Assembly (NCBI RefSeq): GCF_037042905.1
Contig: NC_087256.1
Location: 18,724,001-18,788,000, forward strand
Length of the DNA stretch: 64,000 nt
Origin: Lytechinus pictus
Taxonomy: Eukaryota
Reading direction: 5' to 3'
Positions 39,049 through 51,020 of this stretch are shown here, piece by piece (position 1 is the stretch's first letter; every line of letters starts with the position of its first letter). Position numbers and translations under genes: made by a program. A model generated the notes under the pieces. That model saw only the letters and a program-made list of their open reading frames with translations. It was not told the origin of the DNA and did not search any database.

Positions 39049-39610
39049 CCCGGGGGGGCCACTTACATTGACGAGTGGATACCATGCGCGACCAAAAAAA
39101 CACGTAAAAAGGATGTCTTTTTCAAGATAGGGCACGTTACGTACGTAACGTGATAAGGGTGTCAAAAACACAAATATGATGAAAAAAGGGTATCTATTTC
39201 GCTAGGAAAGCTACGTGTTTAGGGTCAAATTTGCGGGGATGATAAAACAAAATTAAAATGCTGTATAAAGGATGTCCTTTTTGCCCCAACACTACGTATT
39301 TAGAGTCCCGATTTGCGCGAGGTGAGGAAGGTGGGGCCTTAAAAACCAAATGGTGTGTAAATTAGGTAAAACCGACGGACCCGTGACACAACTATAAAAT
39401 ATCGCTGTATACTTGTTTAGGGGTTCATTTCAGGGAATACTTGCCAAGAGTATAGTTTTGTTTCCAATACTTGTTAAGGGTAGGGTTTCAGACGCCAATA
39501 CTTGTTAAGGGGTGCATTTTCAGATCATGGAAAATACGTGTTTAGGGTGCTTTTCGAGACCCCGTGGTCGCGCATGGTATCCACTCGTCAATGGAAGTGG
39601 CCCCCCCGGG
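39049..39610. mobile_element. Young MITE with CCCGGGGGGG termini and perfect 8-bp TSD
   Basis: TIR CCCGGGGGGGCCACTT(A/C)CATTGACGAGTGGATACCATGCGCGACCA; TSD TGGATGTA on both sides. Confidence 0.88.
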
Positions 39611-39789
39611 TGGATGTACCTATAGTGTTCTGATTTTTGTAGCTTTAAGAAGTGGTAATCTTTGATAGGTAAATAACTTGCATCATTTGTGAAGACAAAT
39701 CCATGCACTCACAGTTAGTGATTTGTTGATACTTTCTTAACCAGACAGCAATTACAACCAACATCAAAGTAGGAGTGCATTGATTTGTC

Positions 39790-40745
39790 TAATTTTAATT
39801 TCAGTGCCATAATGTTTGGGATTTCTTAATTGCAAACGAATGTATACACACTGTGGCAGGGGAAAGGCAGAGGTACCTCAATGCCAGCAGTAACGCATCT
39901 TGTAGAAAACAAAGTAGAAGAATGATATGAAAGTAGGCTTTTTCTTTTGAGATATGAATGTTGTGCTACAAACACTACTTCTCAATATATTCAGGTATGC
40001 TGTAGGTGTGCATTTTGTATCTAACTGTGTATAATTTTACCAAATTTAGGTGTGCTGAAAATCGCACACCTCAAGACTATTTTAGGTGTGCTATCGAACT
40101 TGTACGCCTCAAATGAAAAAGCCTGATGAAAGTTTAAACTTCAACAAGTACTACATAAGTACTACGCTCACCTGGAACATTTTCACTAGTCCAACATATT
40201 AGCGCAGTGATACCTGTCTAAAAACGGCAACCTCATCTGGTATAACATCATAAAAGATTACATCATGAAAACATTACAATGTTGCTCCACCTGGCCCCTT
40301 GGGTAAAAGAAAATTGAAAAGATGTACATATTGTTTTTTGTATGATGTCATACCAGTTGTAGACAGGTATCACAGCACCTCTGTCTGCAGAAGATTAGCG
40401 TAAAACTTATTAACTAGTGTTGAAGTTCAAACTTCGTATTATGTTAAATATCACTACGTATGAATATCTACTCGGATATAAGATTATAAAAAGTGTAGGA
40501 AGGCATATCTTTTCGCAGCACATTTATGTGATTTATCTTTTAAAAACTGATGCTTGTCAGTGCCAACATGTTTGGGATTTTTTACTGGGCAGGGAAAAGA
40601 CAGCGGTACCTCAGTGCCAGCAATAACAGCCTATATATAGAAACAAGGTAAAGAGGTTAAAGTGCGTAGCCTACTGGGTTGTATATATGTGTTAGGGTTT
40701 TTGTAGCTTTAGAAGTATTTATCATAAATAGGTAAATAACATGAA
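39790..40745 (+). pseudogene. Two degenerate duplicates of the 3' end of the last SAM-gene exon (~39790-39925 and ~40545-40745)
   Basis: ATGTTTGGGATTT...GGCAG...GGTACCTCA..GCCAGCA...AGAAAACAA motifs repeat the sequence at 38850-38987. Confidence 0.75.
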
Positions 40746-41699
40746 ATAACAGAGAGAAATGTGGAGGCAAGCACATTGTGCAAATGCCAACATTTAAAGA
40801 AAGAATGCAACCAAAAGTAACAAGTTTTGTTTACCAGCATAAGTAGACAAAACTTGTTTTCATTTGAAAATTGGGCTGGAAAGAAGCGAGTATTGGACCA
40901 TTCTCATAACTGGCAAGTTCAAAAGAAATTTTTGTTTTCTAAAAATCTCACAATATTGCTTGAAATTGTTGTACAGATGTATAGATACAGATTTTTTTTT
41001 TTCAGATTGGTCAAGTTCAGTGAATTAAGGGTGAAAATCAATCACCAATGTCAACAATTTTCTTGTGCAATAATGTTCTTGCACCCAAACCCCTACTTGT
41101 GAAGTCAAGTGGGTAAGTCATTCAAGTTGTATTTTTAAGGAGGTAGGGCAACCAAAACAAAAATTTAGCATGTTTTATGCGCTGTCTCAAAATATCACCT
41201 CTTTTTTTTATAGAAAAATGAGATATGCATCTTAAAGCAAATTATCTGAAAACCTAAAAATGACATTGATATTCATATTCAGGCCAAATCAGTGATTTTT
41301 TTTGAAAAACTCACATGATTTAAATCATGATTTAAATCGACATGATTTAAATCAAACAACCCTGGATGGGTTCTTCATGAGAAGTAGATTACAAATTTCT
41401 CAGGATGGCAATTGAAAGTTTGTATTGCTCACACCAAAGAGAAACCATAAATTCTAAATTTAAAGACACTTTTAAAAATGCAGCTGTTGAATGCCAGTAA
41501 ATCAGGACTCAAACCAGAGAAACCGTTCGATTTTGTCGCCGCCTCAGAAAAAATATCTCAAACTTTTAACATTTTAACATTTAAAAAATGTTAAAATTTT
41601 AACATTAAAATTTATCATTTTAACATTTAAAAAATGCAAAATCTGGTTTTAGCTAATCTCAAGCATGTAACTTTATACAACCTATTCCTTTGTCCTTAA

Positions 41700-42294
41700 A
41701 GGGCAAGTCCACCACAACAAAAAGATGATTTGAATAAAAAGAGAAATATCAAACCAGCATAACGCTGAAAATTTCATCAACATTGGATTTAAAATAAGAA
41801 AGTTATGACATTTTAAAGTTTCGCATAATTTCACAAAACAGTTATATGCACATCCTGGTCAGTATGCAAATGAGGGAACTGATGTGGTCATCCACTCGCT
41901 ATTTCTTTTGTATTTTTATTATATGAAATATGAAATATCGTAATTTTTTTCTATATTACAAGTTTTAAAAGGGCTTGACTCCTTCCTACATGTGGGGAAT
42001 CCACTTCTGCAACATACTGCAATTAAACAAAGAGCTCCCTTATTGACAAAACTACAAAATTTGAAAATATTCTATATTTCATATAATAAAATACAAAAGA
42101 AATAGTGAGTGGGTGACGTCATCGGTCCATGCTGACCAGGATGTGCATATAACTGTTTTGTGAAATTAAGCAAACTTTAAAATTTCATAACTTTCTTATT
42201 TCAAATCTGATTTTGATGAAATTTTCAGCGTTATGCTTGTTTAATTTTTTTTCTTTTGATTCAAATGAACTTTTTGTTGGGGTCGACTTGCCCT
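41700..42294. mobile_element. Intact Kolobok-like MITE related to the split host element
   Basis: TTAA|AGGGCAAGTCCACC ... GGTCGACTTGCCCT|TTAA with long inverted arms. Confidence 0.82.
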
Positions 42295-42764
42295 TTAAAA
42301 GGAGATGTTAACCTAGAGCTGTGAATGCTTTGTATACCAGATGTAGCTCGAGAATTGCAAACCCTATTTTTGTGGAAACAATTCTTACTATGAGAAAGCT
42401 TTACAATGGCTTAAAGGCATTGGTCAACATGGTGTTCAATTTTAAAAATCTGAGCTGCATGTTCTTACATGTATGCTATCAGGATGTCTATTGGAATATA
42501 GAAATGAACCTGAGGGGGGGGGATGCTTGAAGTTTTATCATTTACAGAAAAAACTTTTTAAAATTGGATAACTTCAACTTATCATCCCATGACTACTGTG
42601 CAGGAATTATTGTCTTACACTACATAATAAACATAATGTTCATAGATTATGTCTTGATAGTGAATATGTGACTTTCTTTTGTTTTTACTTATGTAATATA
42701 CCTTTCTATAATTTGTTATGTTTTTTATATTGTTAATGTTACCAATTCCTGAATTTGGTGTTGC

Positions 42765-42770
42765 AATAAA
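42765..42770 (+). promoter_or_regulatory. Candidate polyadenylation signal of the transposon transcript
   Basis: AATAAA with T-rich upstream and GT-rich downstream sequence, just inside the right subterminal repeats. Confidence 0.35.
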
Positions 42771-42832
42771 ATGTGTTATATGTGAAAGCTAACACTGATG
42801 ATTCTCCTGTTTTCTTTATGTGTGTATGACAA

Positions 42833-43130
42833 TGATTCTATTCATTTTGAACAGGATTCTATTCATTCTTGAATAGAAAGACTACTCATTCTTGAATAGG
42901 AATACTATTTAACTTTGAATAGGGTATATTCCAATTTAACAAGAGGATGAAACTGATTCTATTCATTTTTAATAGGATTCTATTCATTCTTGAATAGGAA
43001 AACTATTTAACTTTGAATAGAATACATATTCATTTATTTGAATAGATTTTCCTCTTCATTTTGAAGAGAACCTTGTAAGTGTCCCTCGGAAGAGGTTTTC
43101 TATTCAAATCTGAATAGATTCTATTAAAAA
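42833..43130. repeat. Right subterminal repeats of the EnSpm-like element
   Basis: Multiple ATTCTATTCATT(C/T)TTGAATAG(G) units. Confidence 0.8.
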
Positions 43131-43289
43131 ATGAAGAGGTTTTTTTTAGAGTGTATGGTTCTGTCAAGTTGGTCCTTATTGTCAAATCTGTACAAAATGA
43201 AATATTGTATAATTGAAACAATAAAAAAACACAATAAAAAGTGAGTGAGGGACATCATCGTCTGTCTTACCCTGATAGCAGACACGGTC

Positions 43290-43820
43290 GTAATGACGTC
43301 ATTAACTGATCGTAAAGTGGTAATACTCGTCATGTCGTCGTATTTATGACGTTCTTACGACGTCATTTTGACGACTTAGAATGGCAACTTTCTTTTGCAT
43401 TTTTATTTGACCAGACTATGACGTGATTACGACGTCATTTACTGACCAATTTACGACAAGTAAATTTTCTTTCTTATATGACCAAATTATGACGTGATTA
43501 CGACGTCATTTACTGACCAATTTACGACAAGTAAATTTGCTTTCTTATATGACCCAATTATGACGTGATTACGACGTCATTTACTGACCAATTTACGACA
43601 AGTAAATTTGCTTTCTTATATGACCAGATTTTGACGTGATTACGACGTCATTTATTGACCAATCTGCGACAAATAAATTAGCATTTTTATATGACCACAT
43701 TATGACGTGATTATGACATCATTTATTTACCAAACAACGACAAAGAAATTAGCGTTTTCATATGACCACATTATGACGTGATTATGACATCATTATATTT
43801 ACCAATCAACGACGAGGAAA
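43290..43820. repeat. 71-bp subterminal tandem array (about 6 units)
   Basis: Units at 43409, 43480, 43551, 43622, 43693 and 43764 contain TGACGTGATTACGACGTCAT. Confidence 0.9.
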
Positions 43821-45024
43821 TTTACAAGTTTAATTTCAAAGCCACATACTATTTTGCCATTTTTTCAACCTTGCCATGTTAGCAAGGCTATTTCTACTTA
43901 GAAAAGAAAAAGTAAAACTAAAAAAAATAGTACAGAATTTTTTTTTTTTAGGTAAAAGTATATCATTCTTCAAAGAAAAAAAGCTTCAAAAGCAGTGGCA
44001 AAATAATCATTTCTTAACTGGTTGCCAACCAAACCAAACAAGAGGAAGCTTATATATCAAAGAAGTTTATATCTATTTTAAAACTTTTTTTCGTAATTGG
44101 TGTCATGCCCCGGTGTCATGCAAACCCCCTAACTAGTTAACTCACCCCCCCCCCCACCCCCGGGCTCGGCCCCTATAAAAAATTCATGATCCGATCCGCC
44201 GGGCGTCGGGCCTGCGCATGCGCGCTGCACTGCATGCAACTAACTGGCAAGTTGCAATCATTTGAAAAAGGTACGGTATAGGTATCATGGTATATTTTTT
44301 ATGCGCCTGTTTTTCGCCGTTAAATGTTGCAGCCTAATTTTGGATCGAGAATTAAGTGCGACGAAGATGGCCGTTAATAATAGTTCTACTACTTTAAGAA
44401 CACGGGTCAGATTTGGACAATGACTTCGAAGGCATATTCGCAGTAGACCAAACAGTAAGTTAGATAACCATTTGCTAAGATTTTCTTTTCGGAGCGCGGC
44501 TTGCAGCTACGTACCGTAGGCGTAGCTAGCTTGCCTTTGGCTTTAGATTTCGTGCACTGACACTCGCCGGCCGGCCGGGGTGGCTGCTCCGAGCTCCGAG
44601 CGCCGGCATATTGTATAGGACAGGCTGCGCTGGTGGGCTCAGGGCCCAAGTCTGCACACTTTAACTAGGTAAATGCCAGTTGTAACGATATCAAAATGAG
44701 GTCGTACAGAATCCAATGAAATTACCACCAAATTATCTGTTTATAAAGACTAGGGCCTATATAAATGATATACCGGTATGTGCCAAAGTATTCTGGAGGA
44801 AATTGTGTAATTGCTGAGAAATCAATGACAGCAAAAAAAGCACAGCCTAGGATTCGGGTTCAAGCGTCGGGCCGACATTCAGAATCAGAGCAATAATAAT
44901 TAATACACTGTCCCACACTCCCACGTGCTTTTATCTGTGTTGGTGATCTTCAGTGTGAACATTTTTCAGCGTAGATTTCAAGATTACACAAAGTTCAGAT
45001 CCTCGATGATATACTGACAATTAA

Positions 45025-46252
45025 CCCTAAATCTCCCGGGGTATTTTGATTCTTGTCATTCCGGGGGGGGGGGGGGGCATTATTGCCTCCCCCTTATAAG
45101 ATTTTAGCCGCGGATTGCGCGATCACAACGTAAATTTGCATGATGGTAGAGAATGACGTAATCTACGTAGTTGCATTGGTAAATTTCACTGAATTGATAT
45201 ATTTTTATTTTATATGAATTATGCTAATTCATGAAATCATACTTCAGGGACTCAGTTTTATCATTATGAGGGGAGCAATAAAAAGCTCTCCTAAAACTTT
45301 TAAAGGGAGCATTAGGGGAGCACTACAACGTTCTTCTTTGACATACAAGGGGAGCTCTCTTGTCCGATTTAAAAATGGATAGAGGAACGTACACTAAATA
45401 AAGTTACAACCCACAACCAAACGAGACAAACAATCAGATATACATGTAGATCTGATCTATGCGATATTTATCTTATTGAACTTGTTAATGTCATTCTGGC
45501 AAGTGTGTTTAATTGCTTACAATATAATTGTGCGTTATTTACGAAACCTTGACAGCGAATGAAGTTTTCAAAGACGACTGGAACAGTTTTATCATTGACT
45601 GACACTCTTGTTAAGCAATTGCTGAGGCGAGTGATAAAATTGCTCTACCAAAAATGGATTAAGGAGAGCGGTAGCGAGTGATCACTCTCACTCCCCTTAA
45701 AACTGAGTCCCTGATACTTTTTGCCCTGATTCACTAAATAAAGCTCCTAGAATGCTATTTTTTGGGTGAAAATATTCTTTATAGCATTCCTAACAATTGT
45801 GAATGAAAAAAATTCTGGTACCAAGACCGATTTCTTATCTATTTTATTGTTTTTTTTATTTCTTATGTATTTCTATGTTTTTTTACTTTTTGTTTTTTAT
45901 TGTATTTTCGATGGAAATCGTTCCAGACTTAATTCTAATCATAAACAAGGCAAAATTAATTAAGTTTAATCCGTAAAAGTAGAAATAATGATAAATTTAT
46001 GAATTTTGGCTAAATACACAATTTGCATTGGATTTGTACATGAAATCATGTTTATGAGCAATTTTGGGTCTGACATGCACTTACATAATGTCGTAACCGT
46101 GTACCCGGGCATCACAAATTTGGTCTCAAAATTTGCGCGAGACTTGAAAGTAAAAAGTCAGTGAGCGGCGCGATCAAAAATTTTTGCGCGACAGCGTAGT
46201 GATAAAATTTGTTGAGGGGGGTCAAATTGACCCCCACCCAGTTTAATAAGGG
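45025..46252. mobile_element. piggyBac-like non-autonomous element with a nested CAGGG-ended MITE (~45244-45713)
   Basis: TTAA|CCCTAA ... TAAGGG|TTAA; nested TIR CAGGGACTCAGTTTTA / TAAAACTGAGTCCCTG. Confidence 0.65.
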
Positions 46253-46329
46253 TTAAGGCCGTCACATGAAATGCCCTATATTCATTATTTTTCTACCAAA
46301 AGCACCATTTTGAGTAAGATTTTTAATTA

Positions 46330-46546
46330 ATAGATCTGTTTGACATTTCAGGAGAAAGAGAGGGAGACACAAAACCACCTGTCTCGGTGTCACACATGAG
46401 GAGTTGAGGAGGAGATGGAAGTCGGTGAATATGACCTGGCCTGGGGGAGTTTTCCAGAAGAAGGCCCAGAATCGCCAGATGCCAGGAGTGGAGATCCTTC
46501 GTTGCTGCCCTACATGCTAGGAGGCATCGGGCAGTAGGTAAGTAAG
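46330..46546 (+). mobile_element. RTE-type LINE extreme 3' fragment
   Basis: Degenerate KTT..., MTW, KKAQNRQ and VAALHA C-terminal motifs and a TAAGTAAG tail. Confidence 0.55.
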
Positions 46547-47649
46547 AAGGCTATTTCGGACGTAAAGCTTATTTTTTCTGTTTGGGATCATTGGGAATCT
46601 CTATTATCAGAACCACGCGCAAACTTGGGGCACCTTATAATCTGTCAATGGTCCTGACTGTACTTCGAGGACTGATATTTTTATCATTTTTTCATTGTAT
46701 TTTCATTCACGGAGCCTAGACAAGTCTCTGTTGCCTGTAGAACTTTGTACACTAAGATGGATTTCCCTAGAAAATCCACCTTTCCCACAATTTTGGGGCA
46801 AACATTTAATTTGTCCAATTTGTAAGCTTTTGTACTCTAAATGCATACAAAGGCTTAAAGAATGTTAATCATAGGAAGGTAAAAATTTTGAAGGATCACT
46901 TTCTTCCAATTCCCACGCTATATAACGCAATGACATGAACTTTAACTCGAGTGACGTACGTATGCAAGAAATACAGAATTGGTGCACATGCATAGCTGAT
47001 TGATTGTGCTAGTACTGGTACTAGATTCCAGGCTGACATAGTGGATCGGTTTGGACGTTCTAATTTCAATGAAAAGTTTAGATGGTAAATTGGCGCTAAT
47101 AAAATTTTGCATTGGTCGATCTCGCGATGCCAGAAAACTAATCCCACCTCAAAATTTGTCGGATTTTTTTGCAAAATATATATTTAATTGATCCTTGACC
47201 TGAATTTAAGCCAAATCAGGCATAGGGAATGGCTGTATTTCAGCCTCGAAGTTCGAATTCTCAGTCCTGACAGTCCTGGTTACCCCATAACCATTTAAAA
47301 CACATAAAAAGGCTTGAATTAAAATCATAATTATAAAAAAATAATGTTTTATGTGTTAAATAAATTGATTCTAAAATTTCCTTCCTTATACAGAGATGGT
47401 CAAAGGTCTTGAGGGCATCATGCCCCCCCCCGACTTGACTTTACATGTTAATATTTGAAGTATAAAATATGTAACAAACCCCACATCGTTTTTTAATCAT
47501 TTAAAATAAATTGGAAATTAATATTGAAACCATCCAGTTTTTAATGAAGATTAATAAATAGTTTATGTAGAAAAGGTTTTTATGTTTCTCTTCTTCTGTT
47601 ATTTTTGCAGATGCTGTAATTTGAAATGGAAGGTGTCCTACCAATAAAT

Positions 47650-48290
47650 TTTCATCCCACCTGAACTGCCTTGCTTGCCTGCTCTATTTTTCATCATCGT
47701 TCGTTTCGGCCTGTATGAAGTGAATTTCACATTGATTGGTGGAGCTGCTAAGTTGGCATTACAGGGCCACACCGGGGTATGATCCTTGGAGTTGAACATC
47801 ATGACTGCTGGTCGGCGAAGGGGATGGGATCGATCAATGTCGCATGGAGTAAGATGGATACCAGTCTGCTTTGCTTCATTTCGAACAATCTCATACGGAT
47901 ACGGATATTATTGCGACAGGAGTACTGCTCGATGTGGTCAAGCCTATTTGACAAAGCATTATGGTGTTAGTCATGTTATCAGAAACAGATTTTTTAAAAT
48001 CACGGAGTTGCTTCAATTTAGTATCGATAGATATTTCAAGAACGTATGGACTAGTGAGCTTTTCATCAAGAATTTCACGTAATTTATTTTCGCGCTTATC
48101 TATGTCATCATTGAGTTTTTGTCTCTCGCGTTCCATTGCCACGGCCACCGCTCTTTGAACGACTGTATCAATATGATCTAGGTATGCTGGGCTTTGTTTA
48201 GATCCAGTTAATGATGAAGCAGAGGATAGTGTACATGCGTTAGCCGAGTGCAAGCGGCCTCTTGATCTGGTGGATATCTTAGACATGTTG
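47650..48290 (-). pseudogene. LINE ORF1 (coiled-coil plus RRM) remnant
   Basis: The 131-aa ORF is coiled-coil-like. After a frameshift it reads RLDHIEQYSCRNNIRI and later DIDRSHPL, matching the LEQYSRRNNIRI and IDRAHR motifs of L1-type/CR1 ORF1 proteins. Confidence 0.7.
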
Positions 48291-48629
48291 TTAGAGATTA
48301 CGTAATGATATAATTGAAAAATGGGATGGGCTGTGCATCTGTCAACTCACCAGTCAACCAATTAGAGACGGCCTTCCAAAGTGACACAGCACGAAAATAT
48401 CAATATGGGACTGGTCTAGTCAACACATAGATCCTGAAAAAAACCATGGAGACCGCAGACGCAAAATGACTTCCATACATAAAGATATGATGCACAATTT
48501 CCAGTGGGTTAAAAAAACTGAACACATGCTATGCAGATACACAGACTATCATAAGAACTTTATCAAGCATAGGAAATCTGGTATGAAATCTCTCAGCTCA
48601 CATAAAAAGCCAACGTAGCTACATGTAGG

Positions 48630-49900
48630 GAAGAAAATGAAAATGCGTAATTGCTGAGAAATGAGCAAAATAAGCATGTAATTCAAATGTCAGTTATTTT
48701 TCGAATCGATTATAATACACTGTCCCACATATGCTTTTCTGTGTTCATAGCGATCATCAGAATTATCGATTTTAAGTTTAAATAATTCATGATTTTACAA
48801 AGATACAAGTTTACATTAATGTACCAGATGTAGATTATGTACAATATATTGACCATTAACTTTGATTTTATAGATTTTCTCAAGAAATAATTGTTTGCTG
48901 CAACTACTGTCTTTTCCTTCTAAGTGATAGTGTTATACAACAGTTCCACAAACTATTTTCATCAGACTTATTTATGTATGATTCTTTCACCCAAATGCCA
49001 GCTTCCATAAATCCTGAAAACTTTGCAACTCAGGCATTTTTTTTTTACATACAGTATATTTTTTCCTACATTACATAGTTGCCTTAAGTTAATAGCCCAC
49101 CTCTAGTAGTAACTATCTTAAAAGAGTTCGAACAGAATCCAACAGAATTACCAGCAAAGTGTATGTATATATAAAAGATGTGTGCCAAATAGCTCGGGAA
49201 GAAAATGTGTAATTGCTGAGAAATGAGCAAAATAAGCATGTAATTCTATCAAATGTCAAGTATTTTTCGAATCAATCATAATACACTGTCCTGTCCCACA
49301 TATGCTTTTCTGTGTTAGTGATCATCAGAATTATTGATTTTAAGTTCAAAATTCATGATTTTACAAAGATACAAGTTTACATTAATTTACCAGGCCCCCG
49401 TCTTACAAAGAGTTATGATTGATCCGATCAAGCGCAACTATGGACGGCCAGCAACGTTAACATCTATTAAGCATGTTTGTTCAAAATATTTTCTAGCTAT
49501 GATGTGTGTTCATGCATTCATTGTTTTCTCAAAAATTTGCTGCGCTTCTCTTTGCATACATAGGACATTGTGCAAATTTTTCGTAGAAAAAAATTATGAC
49601 ACTGATGGGTTTCCTTAGAGTTATGATTGATCGGATCAATGGTAACTCTTTGTGGGGCCCAGATCTAGATTATGTACAATATTTTGACAATTAACCTTAA
49701 TTTAAAAGACTTTCCGAAGAATTAATTGTTTGCTGCAACTACTCTCTTTTACCCCTACATGTAAGTGATAGTGTAATACAACCCAAACTTTTCATAAGAA
49801 GTAATGTACATGTATGATTCTTTCACCCAAATGCGAGCTATCATAAATCCTGAAATTATTCCAACTCGTGTATTTTTTTTTACATACATTACATAGTTGT
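48630..49900. repeat. Tandem duplication of a DNA-transposon fragment; the second copy is interrupted by a MITE
   Basis: GTAATTGCTGAGAAATGAGCAAAATAAGCATGTAATTC at ~48647 and ~49209. Both copies run to TTACATACA..TTACATAGTTG; the MITE at ~49393-49660 is only in copy 2. Confidence 0.75.
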
Positions 49901-50449
49901 CTAAAGTTGAAGGTATATTTAATTACAATTTCAACGAAAAAGCTTTATTCTTGGAAATCATTATGCCTCTGTTATGTATTAATGTGTATTTATACATGTA
50001 CAATTGTATGTATTGGTATAACAAACATTGTAATTTCATTCCTTTGACCCTAATACTGCATTTTCATAGAATGATAGAAAAGTGTTTTTTTTTTCAATCT
50101 ATTTAGAGTTTTCAACTTTTTGTTTTCCCTTTTTTTTGCTGGTAATATCATGTTATGCAACTTTTATTTATTAATAGAATATTTGCCACGATTTCGTAAT
50201 TGAAATGCGTACATGTATTTGATTTCGTTTTCCATTTTTGTATATATTCTTTTTTTTTTTGGGGGGGGTCATGTTCTTGAGACTGAGACAAGTTATGCAA
50301 GGCCCTGGCATGGAGGATCATTATATTACTGGGAATGCTAGACATTGTCAGACCACCTCAGTAGTCACCAAATATAGATAATCCTCAATGACAAGGTCTT
50401 TGAAGTGATGTGTGTATGTACATTGCATGTAGAATTTAATGTTAAGGTC

Positions 50450-51020
50450 ATTATCACGTCAGAATACGTTAAGATATCATAGTTGACTCCAAAAGACGTC
50501 ATATTCATTTCAATATGCGACGTCAATATGACGTCTATTACTAGTCAGCAATATGTTGCAAAGTCGTCATTCAGACGTCGTAGATGACTTATAAAGACGT
50601 CATAATTACATCAATATGACGTCTGAAACTGGTCAGGAATACGTTACAAAGTTGTCATTAAGACGTCGTAGATGACTTTTAAAGACGTCATAATTACATC
50701 AATATGACGTCTAAAACCGGTCAGGAACACGTTGCACGGATGTCATTAAGACGTCGTGGTTGACTCTCGAAGACGTCATAATCACGTCAATACACGACGT
50801 CAATCTGACCCTTGATACTGGTCAGGAAAACGTTGTAAAAACGTTGCAAAGACGTCATTAAGACGTCGTAGTCACTCTTGGAGACGTCATAATGACGTCA
50901 ATATACGACGTCATAATGACGTTATTCGCGGGTGCAAGATCCCGTGATTAAGACGTCATGTTACGACGTCAATATGACGTGAGACTCGTCGTAAAAATGA
51001 CGTAAATAAAACGTCATTTT
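50450..51020. repeat. ~88-bp subterminal tandem array
   Basis: GACGTCGT at 50574, 50662 and 50750 and further GACGTC sites. Confidence 0.85.

Larger units (their letters stand above)
18258..43153 (+). mobile_element. 24.9-kb structurally complete CMC/EnSpm (CACTA-like) DNA transposon
   Basis: 22-bp TIR: CACTCTTAAAATAACCTCTTCA versus the right end reverse-complemented, CACTCTAAAAAAAACCTCTTCA (2 mismatches). TA TSD at 18256-57 and 43154-55. Subterminal CTATTC/GAATAG repeat fields at both ends. The host MITE resumes after the right end. Encodes a transposase and a second multi-exon gene. Confidence 0.9.

Noticed and set aside
43290-43820. Regular repeat arrays (also 50450-51020 and 20990-21750) as CRISPR-like
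   Set aside because: Whole units are repeated with no unique spacers, the context is eukaryotic, and they are explained as transposon subterminal or central repeats.
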